From the IMG/VR virus record IMGVR_UViG_3300030098_006004: DNA of 20,000 nucleotides. One strand, 5' to 3'. Both the position numbers and the translations under genes were made by a program. Origin of the DNA: an uncultured virus (IMG/VR IMGVR_UViG_3300030098_006004) (Duplodnaviria > Heunggongvirae > Uroviricota > Caudoviricetes). The notes under the pieces are model-generated. The model made no database searches, was not told the origin of the DNA, and saw only the letters and a list, made by a program, of their open reading frames with translations. Positions 6,977-14,208 of this stretch are shown piece after piece (the stretch's first letter is position 1; every line of letters begins with the position of its first letter).

Positions 6977-8332
6977 TTATTTTTTTCTAAAATTCTTATA
7001 CTTCTCTTTTAAGTTATTCTTCTCGTCCTGCAAGGATTTTTGATTTAAGCTTTCGATTGTTTCATGGTCTTGGGGAAGAACATTTATTCTTACATTAGAT
7101 GTATCCATAAAGATTGGATAAACTAGACCATCTGGACCATTTCTGTTCTTGGCAATAAAAACTCGCCCTGTATTTTCATTTTTATGCTTGATTGTACGGG
7201 AAAGAGAGAAGATAAAATCTGCTACAAAGCACTTGCTAAATGCTTCTGAAATGGATTCCATTGTGATTACTTCTGTGTTCAATCCCGACCTATTAGTTTG
7301 CGAAACTGTCCATAAAGGACACTCTTGTTCTTGGGCGATTCCTCGCAGTTCTTCGTAAATAGACTCTAATTCATTTCTTTTTTCTTTAAAGTTTGAAACA
7401 GGCTTAAGAAGGTCTCCGTAATCGACGATTATCAAGTCAATTTGATGATTTCTTTTTTGTAATTTATCTAAATGAGCACGGATTGTATTGGTTGATGCCG
7501 ATTTAGTTGGATACTCTTTAATAATAAGATTTCCTTCCACATCAGAACAAGTTTCAAACACATGGTCTTTGTATGCCTTTAAGTCTCCAATGGGAACCCC
7601 GCTTAAACAGCTGTCATATCTTAGCCCAACCACAGGCTCTGTAAGTTCTAGCGTGTAATGAACAACGTTCTTACCTGCTTTAAGCGCAGCAGCACCCAGA
7701 TGAACAAGAGCCATAGATTTTCCTGCTCCTGTAGCGGCAATACCTACGCCCAGTTCGCCTTTTCCAAGACCACCTTTAGTAATCTTATCCATTTCAATCC
7801 AACCAGTGGAGACTGGATGTCTGGGACGATCAATGTACCTAAATTCAAAATCTTTCTTGTAGTCGTGACCAAATTTGTTATCAGTCCCCAGCTTTAGAGC
7901 ATCATCAATGATTGTTTTTATCTCTCCAAAGGAGGAGCGTTGAAGCAGCGCTACTGATTTAATCATTGCCTCTTTGAGCTTTTGTTTTTTACAAAAGTCC
8001 AGGGCAGTTTCTTTAATATAATCAACGTCTTTGACTTTAGTAGCGATAGAGCGTGCAAAATAATCTCGCAGTTGTTTTTTAATTAAATCGCTTTCGTCAT
8101 CAATCTCGGTTCTGAGCATGGAGGACATAATGTCCTCCGAGGGATGCACACCGTATTTGTGACGGTAGCCAAATACCAGCCGCACAAACTCTTGTAAATA
8201 TTTTAACTCAAAAAAGTTAATATCTAACACCTCTTCCATCTGTTCGGAAAAAGCACGGTCTTCAAATATTAACTGTGAAAGAGTTTCTTGAAATGCTTTT
8301 CCATAATTGGAAAAGGTTGCGTCTTCTTTCAT
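6977..8332 (-). CDS. dnaB: Replicative DNA helicase, DnaB / T4 gp41-like
   Basis: Walker A AATGAGKS, YTLEL, IIVDYGDLL, SQTNR, IAKNRNG. Confidence 0.92.
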   Translation of the reverse strand: MKEDATFSNYGKAFQETLSQLIFEDRAFSEQMEEVLDINFFELKYLQEFVRLVFGYRHKYGVHPSEDIMSSMLRTEIDDESDLIKKQLRDYFARSIATKVKDVDYIKETALDFCKKQKLKEAMIKSVALLQRSSFGEIKTIIDDALKLGTDNKFGHDYKKDFEFRYIDRPRHPVSTGWIEMDKITKGGLGKGELGVGIAATGAGKSMALVHLGAAALKAGKNVVHYTLELTEPVVGLRYDSCLSGVPIGDLKAYKDHVFETCSDVEGNLIIKEYPTKSASTNTIRAHLDKLQKRNHQIDLIIVDYGDLLKPVSNFKEKRNELESIYEELRGIAQEQECPLWTVSQTNRSGLNTEVITMESISEAFSKCFVADFIFSLSRTIKHKNENTGRVFIAKNRNGPDGLVYPIFMDTSNVRINVLPQDHETIESLNQKSLQDEKNNLKEKYKNFRKK

Positions 8333-8355
8333 GTTGCCTTCCTTTTATAGGGTAT

Positions 8356-8384
8356 ATTATAAACTCATTTAGAGCGATTTTCAA
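8356..8384 (-). promoter_or_regulatory. Sigma70-like promoter TTGAAA-17-TATAAT upstream of the helicase
   Basis: Near-consensus boxes with a 17-nt spacer, followed by an AAGGAAGG SD. Confidence 0.7.
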
Positions 8385-9348
8385 GGCATATATTGTTAAA
8401 GAAAGCAAAGAGTTCAGAGAAGTTATTTTTCTCCATGTCAAATCCATCTTTCATCATATGTGTCCTGAATGCAGTTCTATTAAACTTGTATTCTGATTCG
8501 GCTAAGGTACGCCTAACTGCTATCGCTGCCTGAGCACTCAGCAGGGGAGTTTTAAGTTGCATCATCTTATAGTTTCGCAGAATAACTTGACGACCCTCTA
8601 TTACAGAAGGGTAAAACTTTAGCTTTGTTTCATTCAACATTTTGTCAGAATATTCTAACAAGTCGCTGATTGAATATTCTTTTTCTTCTTTTAGAAATGG
8701 AAATCTTTTAGCAATGGTCTTTAATCCTGCTCCTGGGATTCCATCTAAGTTATCGCTTTTATCACCTGCAATAGACCTAGCCAAGACAAAATTAGTAGGA
8801 TGAATGTTTTCTTTTTCTAAAACAACTTCTTTTGTTATGGTTTCTGAGCCAATAGGGCGGTAAACAATCGTATCATCTGTGATGAGTTGCCAAAAGTCTT
8901 TATCAGCCGACACAATAATCTTTTTATAATCTTCGAGGTTAGCCGACTGAACTACCTTTGATATAACATCATCAGCTTCTACTCCTGGGAATCCAAGTTG
9001 AATAATGGGTGTCTCGTTCAAGTATTCCATGACTCGCATATTTTGCCATACTTGATTTTGCTGGACTTGATTCGGGGTCAAAGCTTGGACAGACCTGTTA
9101 AGTTTCAAAGGTTTGCGACCTTCTTTATATTCTTTAGTAATCTTTCGTCGCTTTTGTGAGCCGCCTTCTCCGTCCCAGCAAGCAACAATCTTTGTCGGAT
9201 TTAACTCACGACAGATCTTTTGCAAGGAACGGAAAAATCCTCTTATACCTCCAATAGGGGGTCCATTGAGAGAGATGGTCGGGTCCATAATATACGACCG
9301 CAAGAACAAATTGTTCATGTCGAGAACAATCACTCGTTTATCAGACAT
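8365..9348 (-). CDS. 5'-3' exonuclease / flap endonuclease (T4 RNase H, PolI 5'-nuclease family)
   Basis: LDMNNL, CWDG, YKEGR, EADD, SADKDFWQL, GDKSDNLDGIPGAGLKT (helix-3-turn-helix). Confidence 0.92.
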   Translation of the reverse strand: MSDKRVIVLDMNNLFLRSYIMDPTISLNGPPIGGIRGFFRSLQKICRELNPTKIVACWDGEGGSQKRRKITKEYKEGRKPLKLNRSVQALTPNQVQQNQVWQNMRVMEYLNETPIIQLGFPGVEADDVISKVVQSANLEDYKKIIVSADKDFWQLITDDTIVYRPIGSETITKEVVLEKENIHPTNFVLARSIAGDKSDNLDGIPGAGLKTIAKRFPFLKEEKEYSISDLLEYSDKMLNETKLKFYPSVIEGRQVILRNYKMMQLKTPLLSAQAAIAVRRTLAESEYKFNRTAFRTHMMKDGFDMEKNNFSELFAFFNNICLENRSK

Positions 9349-9360
9349 TTTTACCTCGGT

Positions 9361-9681
9361 TTAGTCTTGTATTCGGCGCATCTTAAAAGAGAGAATACCG
9401 GCAATATTATTTATTTTCTCTGTGAGAACTTCTAAATATCCTACCAAATCTTCTGGAGGTAGGAGTTTTATTGTCAAGGTAGATCTTTCTTTAAGCTCGC
9501 CCATCTTAACTGTATCGCCACCGGGCGACACAATTACAACTCCCGAAAAGGCGCGGATAGTAGTGAGAATATCTGAAATTTGATAATCGGTACTGATGAC
9601 TATTCCAGCCTCAAACTTCATTAAATCTTTTTCAGCTGCTTCTACTATTCGCTTGTACACTTTTTCTACGATATGATTCAT
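9361..9681 (-). CDS. Hypothetical protein
   Basis: 106-aa ORF filling the gap between recA and the exonuclease; preceded by ACTATTTA. Confidence 0.7.
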   Translation of the reverse strand: MNHIVEKVYKRIVEAAEKDLMKFEAGIVISTDYQISDILTTIRAFSGVVIVSPGGDTVKMGELKERSTLTIKLLPPEDLVGYLEVLTEKINNIAGILSFKMRRIQD

Positions 9682-9686
9682 AAGTA

Positions 9687-9694
9687 TAAATAGT
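9687..9694 (-). promoter_or_regulatory. ACTATTTA putative late-promoter motif, 5 nt before the ATG
   Basis: AACTATTTATACTTATG; identical octamer at 163-170. Confidence 0.5.
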
Positions 9695-10789
9695 TTATTC
9701 TTCGTCTATTTCGTAAAAATCTGATGCATTGCCTTCTCTGGAATCGAACTTCATTATAACCTCTTCATCCATGATTTCAAGGATGCGGTTTTTAAACTTT
9801 TCATTCTTAAGCTTGTCCATCCATTTGGCTGCTTGAAACTTTTCAGTCTTGCCGTCTTTGTAAGTCAACGTGTACCAAGCGCCCTTAGATTCAATCTGCG
9901 GTGCTCCCTTGACGGCTTCAAACCAACTTTCTTCATCTTGGACGCCAATGTTCTCGCCCCATAAGATTTTGAACGTGCATTGACGACCTTGAGTTCCAAA
10001 GCGGCTTTTCTTTAATGTACATTTAACTTCTGAACCAATTCTAAATCCTTTATCATCAGTAACAAAAGAATTCTTTGCTTTGCGAGAAGTCAGCCATACC
10101 CTTAGTGAATAAGTATAAGGAAGAGTCTTGCCTCCTGGTGTTACATAGGGAGTAGTTAAAGTTTCAGCAACATTGCGCGTGATGTTGGTTTTTAGCTGAT
10201 TCAAAACAAGCATGGTACTTTGAGTGTTGGCAATAGGAACTGTAAGTTTCTGCATTCCTTTTGATAATACTCTTGCTTTTACCGCCATGGAAGACTGAGG
10301 GTTGAAGTCTCCTTCAATAGTTTTTTCCGTGGGAGTAAGAGCCAGTGAATCCCAAATAAACAACATTTTTTGTTCGTTATTTACCATCAACATCTCAATC
10401 ATTTCGAGTACTTTTTCAACAGAGACCGCCTGGGTGTAGACGATATCATCTACATTGCACCCTGACCTCTCAAGAAATGAAGAATCAAGCGCAGACTCGG
10501 AATCAAAATAAACCACTTGAATCCCCATTTTCTGCGCGTTGGCTGCTACTTGAGCAGCCATGTAAGATTTACCAGTTGATTCTAGACCGGCAATTTCTGT
10601 AACCTTACCTACTGGAATCCCTGCAAGACTCCCTCTACAAACAATGGAATCCAACCAGCGTGAGCCAGTTGGAATCCATTCCTTTACATTTGTAGGGTTA
10701 TCTTTATTGAGATTATGAGAGATTTGTTGTCCAGCGGTTTTATTTAAAAGTTTTCTTATGTCGTCTGGCGACATTTTACCTACTGACAT
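9695..10789 (-). CDS. recA: RecA/UvsX-like recombinase
   Basis: IPTGSRWLD, GIPVGKVTEIAGLESTGKS (Walker A), FDSESALD, IWDSLA (Walker B), LNQLK, TPGG, GAWY. Confidence 0.93.
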   Translation of the reverse strand: MSVGKMSPDDIRKLLNKTAGQQISHNLNKDNPTNVKEWIPTGSRWLDSIVCRGSLAGIPVGKVTEIAGLESTGKSYMAAQVAANAQKMGIQVVYFDSESALDSSFLERSGCNVDDIVYTQAVSVEKVLEMIEMLMVNNEQKMLFIWDSLALTPTEKTIEGDFNPQSSMAVKARVLSKGMQKLTVPIANTQSTMLVLNQLKTNITRNVAETLTTPYVTPGGKTLPYTYSLRVWLTSRKAKNSFVTDDKGFRIGSEVKCTLKKSRFGTQGRQCTFKILWGENIGVQDEESWFEAVKGAPQIESKGAWYTLTYKDGKTEKFQAAKWMDKLKNEKFKNRILEIMDEEVIMKFDSREGNASDFYEIDEE

Positions 10790-10800
10790 GTAATCCTCCT

Positions 10801-11235
10801 TTACTCAGTAATATCCACCAGTTCAATTTCAAATGTAAGCTCTTTTCCTGCAAGAGGATGATTTAAATCAAGAGTTACGGTATCTTCATTGAGAGCCGCT
10901 ACGCGGGCGACCATTGGTTGACCATCTCCCGACTCTCCATGCACAATAGCGTCCACTTCTAGTTCCATATCTGCTCCGAAAGCTGTGCGTGGGAAGTCTC
11001 GAACTGCTGCTTCATGGACCGGTCCATATGCTTCATTGGAAGCGAGAGTGACTGTTTTCACTTCTCCAAGTCCCATTCCAACAACAGCGTTGTCGAAGCC
11101 CTTGATCATCTGACCGGAACCAACTTTAAACTCCAGAGTCGAACCGCGAAGCTTAGAGTTATCAAATTCAGTTCCATCATCCAAAGTTCCTTTGTAGTGA
11201 ACTGAAACTGTGTTTCCTTCTTTAACTGTACTCAT
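10801..11235 (-). CDS. FKBP-type peptidyl-prolyl isomerase with insert-in-flap domain (SlyD/SlpA-like, no metal-binding tail)
   Basis: VSVHYKGTLDDGTEFD, GSGQMIKGFD, EAYG, DLNHPLAGKELTFEIEL. Confidence 0.92.
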   Translation of the reverse strand: MSTVKEGNTVSVHYKGTLDDGTEFDNSKLRGSTLEFKVGSGQMIKGFDNAVVGMGLGEVKTVTLASNEAYGPVHEAAVRDFPRTAFGADMELEVDAIVHGESGDGQPMVARVAALNEDTVTLDLNHPLAGKELTFEIELVDITE

Positions 11236-11262
11236 TTTTTTATTCCTTTTAGTGTGAAAATT

Positions 11263-11298
11263 AAGGCACCTGTAACCCCGTGCCTTCCTGCGGGCAGA
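11263..11298 (-). other. Structured intergenic element (hairpin AAGGCAC-10 nt-GTGCCTT plus an upstream mini-hairpin); terminator, processing site or ncRNA
   Basis: Perfect 7-bp inverted repeat 11263-11269 / 11280-11286 in a GC-rich patch between the SSB and PPIase genes. Confidence 0.55.
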
Positions 11299-11302
11299 TT
11301 GT

Positions 11303-12034
11303 CTAGCTTTCTAAATCTGCTAGAGCATTATCAATGGCGTTGGAACCATAGCGATTGGTTCCTTCGGAATCGTTATCCGCTTCCAAATCCATGAACTCGT
11401 CCAAGATAGTTTGAACTTGTTCAAACGTCTTCTTATCAAAAGAACCTTCAATATCAGGGATTGACTCAAGAAGAGTTGAAGTTTCATCAGTAGTCTTGGC
11501 AAGCTTTGAAGACTTGCGACGTGGAGTTAGGTTTGTCTGTGGGAATTGTGCTCCCGCAGGCTTACCATATTGAAGCGTAAGGTCAGTTCCCGAATCAACA
11601 TCGGTAATGTCCCCGTATTCAGGGTTTAAAACAAGATTGAGCAGTTGCTCATAGACTTGCTTGCCGTATCCCCAGATACGCACGCCTTTATCTTCCTCTC
11701 CTCGAACAAGGACAGGCGAAAAGAAACGTTGCTTAGCAGAGAGGCTTTTAGCCATCTTAATGCTTTCTTCGTCTCCTTCGTTATAAAGAGCGCGGACAAA
11801 CTCATCGAGTGGATCATCCTGCCCAAAGTTGCGCTTCAAGCTGAGAAACGCGGGATTCTTACCAACACCATAATGCAGCCAGAACTCCTTAAAGGGGTCA
11901 CCGTCAGCAGTAGGTACAATACGAATAACCTGTTCGCCGTCTTGAGGGCGGAACCACATGCTCTTGTTGTTGCCGCGACCGCGATTTTGCAAAGCAGCGT
12001 ACTTTGCTTTCATTTTTTTCATATCAATTGCCAT
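11303..12034 (-). CDS. Single-stranded DNA-binding protein, T4 gp32-like
   Basis: VIRIVP, DPF, VLVRGEEDKGVRIWGYGKQVY, acidic C-terminal tail; replisome context. Confidence 0.85.
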   Translation of the reverse strand: MAIDMKKMKAKYAALQNRGRGNNKSMWFRPQDGEQVIRIVPTADGDPFKEFWLHYGVGKNPAFLSLKRNFGQDDPLDEFVRALYNEGDEESIKMAKSLSAKQRFFSPVLVRGEEDKGVRIWGYGKQVYEQLLNLVLNPEYGDITDVDSGTDLTLQYGKPAGAQFPQTNLTPRRKSSKLAKTTDETSTLLESIPDIEGSFDKKTFEQVQTILDEFMDLEADNDSEGTNRYGSNAIDNALADLES

Positions 12035-12129
12035 TATATTCTCCTAAAAATTTTATTTAATAAATTTACTAAGAACAAGATTGAATCTCTATATTCTTCG
12101 TAAGATCTTCTGTCGTGAATCAACATCAC
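12034..12129 (-). CDS. Possible leaderless upstream ORF (V/M)MLIHDRRSYEEYRDSILFLVNLLNKIFRRI coupled to the SSB start via TAATG
   Basis: GTG 6 nt downstream of TATAAT; frame open across the whole AT-rich leader; stop overlaps the SSB ATG. Confidence 0.3.
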   Translation of the reverse strand: MMLIHDRRSYEEYRDSILFLVNLLNKIFRRI

Positions 12130-12135
12130 AGTAGT

Positions 12136-12163
12136 ATTATAATCCCTAAAAAGCGAGTTTCAA
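12136..12163 (-). promoter_or_regulatory. Sigma70-like promoter TTGAAA-16-TATAAT upstream of SSB
   Basis: CTTGAAACTCGCTTTTTAGGGATTATAAT in the intergenic region. Confidence 0.65.
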
Positions 12164-12172
12164 GTAGAAAGT

Positions 12173-13009
12173 TTATTTTTGAATAAAAGAAGCGTAGGAC
12201 AATGAATAGACATAATCATCATCGTAATTTGTAGGAAAGATTTTGTAAGAAACGCTTGTGTTTTCATCTGAAAATTGGCTTACTTGTTGCTTAATCTTCC
12301 TGAAAAGGCTTCCGTCCTTCTCTAAACTTTCTTTGTTAATCGCATAAAAGATTGTCTTGTCTCTTGGGTTCTCCAAGTCAAAGAAAAGGTTCTCTTGCGA
12401 TGTTTCAAGGTCTAGCATACCAAATGTGGCTATGCGGCTTGTTGGATGAAGCCCGAAGAAGTTAGTTTCCAAGGGCTTTGTGTTAGAATAAATGTTTGTC
12501 ATGTGGATTGTAGACACAAGCAGGTGATTTAGGTTGTTATAATAGTTCATAATAGGAACATCGCCTAATACTTCCTCTAGCTTTACATTGTCAACAATAA
12601 ACATACGTTCTAAGAGACCTGAACGGGCATATTCCTGTAAAATACCGTATACTGCTCTTTCTTGTAACTTCCTATCGGCTGAAAGCGTGGTTAAATCAGG
12701 CTTTATGTAAAGAACGTGGGGTTTTTTCTTTTTTAGAAGCTCTAATAGTCTCAAAGAACAACCAGATATTGTCCCAGAGCCGCCAATCACTAAGAGCGTG
12801 GGTTTTTTTGTTTTTTTAAGAAACTCTTCTGCTTTCCTTACTGGGAATGAGCTTTCGTATTTCTCATGGGTGGTGCGCTTAGGTATTTTAAGGAAGTTTT
12901 CTTCTTTTCTTGCCTCTGAATCAATATAATAACAATCATACTCAGGGTATTGTGAGAAGAATTTTGTTATGTTGCAGCCTGCGTTACCTAAACCTATGAT
13001 AGTTTCCAT
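12173..13009 (-). CDS. Tubulin/FtsZ-family GTPase (PhuZ/TubZ-like), divergent
   Basis: N-terminal IIGLGNAGCNI, YIDS, GGSGTISG (variant of GGGTGSG), IVDN. Confidence 0.8.
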   Translation of the reverse strand: METIIGLGNAGCNITKFFSQYPEYDCYYIDSEARKEENFLKIPKRTTHEKYESSFPVRKAEEFLKKTKKPTLLVIGGSGTISGCSLRLLELLKKKKPHVLYIKPDLTTLSADRKLQERAVYGILQEYARSGLLERMFIVDNVKLEEVLGDVPIMNYYNNLNHLLVSTIHMTNIYSNTKPLETNFFGLHPTSRIATFGMLDLETSQENLFFDLENPRDKTIFYAINKESLEKDGSLFRKIKQQVSQFSDENTSVSYKIFPTNYDDDYVYSLSYASFIQK

Positions 13010-13015
13010 TTATAC

Positions 13016-14200
13016 CTATAAAATCTTTCTTAATCTGCCGAAGTTCTTGCCTGTGGAGACATTTACTTTAAAATCTCCAAGGTCTGTTTCTTCAAATATG
13101 TTGATTACTTCTTCTAGCGTCTTTCTGTCTTGCCTATTATAATCTAAAACAAGCGAATCGTGAATACAAAAAGCAATCTTTGTCTTTTTTCCTTTAAGTT
13201 TCTTGTGAATCTCAATCATTCTTCGCAAGAAAAGGTCTGAAGAAGTTGATTGGATAATGTAGTTTAGTGCCTTGTCTGTTTGTACTTCTATCTTGCGACC
13301 GAAAGGCGTATGAACGTGCGTGCCATCGTAATGCTTGGCAATTACATCGTCTCTTTTAAATAGTTCTTCAAGTTTTTTGTTGGATGCTTTTGGATTGTAT
13401 AGCCAAGCAAAAACAGCCTTTTTCGTTTCTTCCCTAGTTTTTTGCCCCTTAAAGACGTTTTCATTTATCCAGGTATGAATATCTTCTTTTGGTTGTGAAA
13501 CGCCTGCAAGGGCTAAAAACACCCTTATCTCGGCTGCGTTAAAGTCTAGTTCGATGAAGTCATCGTTGTTAGGGTGAATTACTTGACGATGATCTTTGTC
13601 GAGGGTAAGAATAGGGAAGCTATTTCTTTTTGTGGTAAGGCGTCCTGTGATTGTTCCAAAGATATCATAGTTGATATAGGGCTGAAGATGCTTTAACTTT
13701 CGAGCGAAGTTGCGCGTCTTTATGGCAGACATTCGGTCTTCTAAGCCATAAGGAACAATATTAAGTTTCTGTGTTTTGATTTCTTCAAGGATTTTGGTTA
13801 GATTATAAAGAAAGTCATAGTTGGATGGCTTCTCGTAGTTTTCAAAGACGTGTTCTGAAATTTTATCTTTAAAGAAGCAAAGTTCTTTGAAGTACCTGTC
13901 GGGTATAAGAAGGTCCCGGCAAACATCCCTAGTTTCAATCCTAGCTTGCTTGAATGCAGTGTTGAATGCGGCGAACTTCTTTAATAGAGCGCTCCACTCT
14001 TCTTTTAAATCCTCGGGGCAAAGGTCGTTTAGGCTCTTGCCGTTCGCATAAAGAAAAGCGCATTCCACGTCAGCATCGCCAATAGAAGGCAACCAGCGCC
14101 AAGTTTTGGTAAGATTGTCGAACGAAGGGTCGCGCACAATCTTGCCGTTGAGGCATACAGATACGCACTCCTCTTTGTCATCTAATACTTGAAATAGCAT
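13016..14200 (-). CDS. polA: Family A DNA polymerase, compact (polymerase core without recognisable exonuclease motifs)
   Basis: GTITGRLT, motif A DFNAAEIR, motif B REETKKAVFAWLY, TPFGR, NYIIQSTSSD, motif C IHDS. Confidence 0.85.
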   Translation of the reverse strand: MLFQVLDDKEECVSVCLNGKIVRDPSFDNLTKTWRWLPSIGDADVECAFLYANGKSLNDLCPEDLKEEWSALLKKFAAFNTAFKQARIETRDVCRDLLIPDRYFKELCFFKDKISEHVFENYEKPSNYDFLYNLTKILEEIKTQKLNIVPYGLEDRMSAIKTRNFARKLKHLQPYINYDIFGTITGRLTTKRNSFPILTLDKDHRQVIHPNNDDFIELDFNAAEIRVFLALAGVSQPKEDIHTWINENVFKGQKTREETKKAVFAWLYNPKASNKKLEELFKRDDVIAKHYDGTHVHTPFGRKIEVQTDKALNYIIQSTSSDLFLRRMIEIHKKLKGKKTKIAFCIHDSLVLDYNRQDRKTLEEVINIFEETDLGDFKVNVSTGKNFGRLRKIL

Positions 14201-14208
14201 TTATCCTC

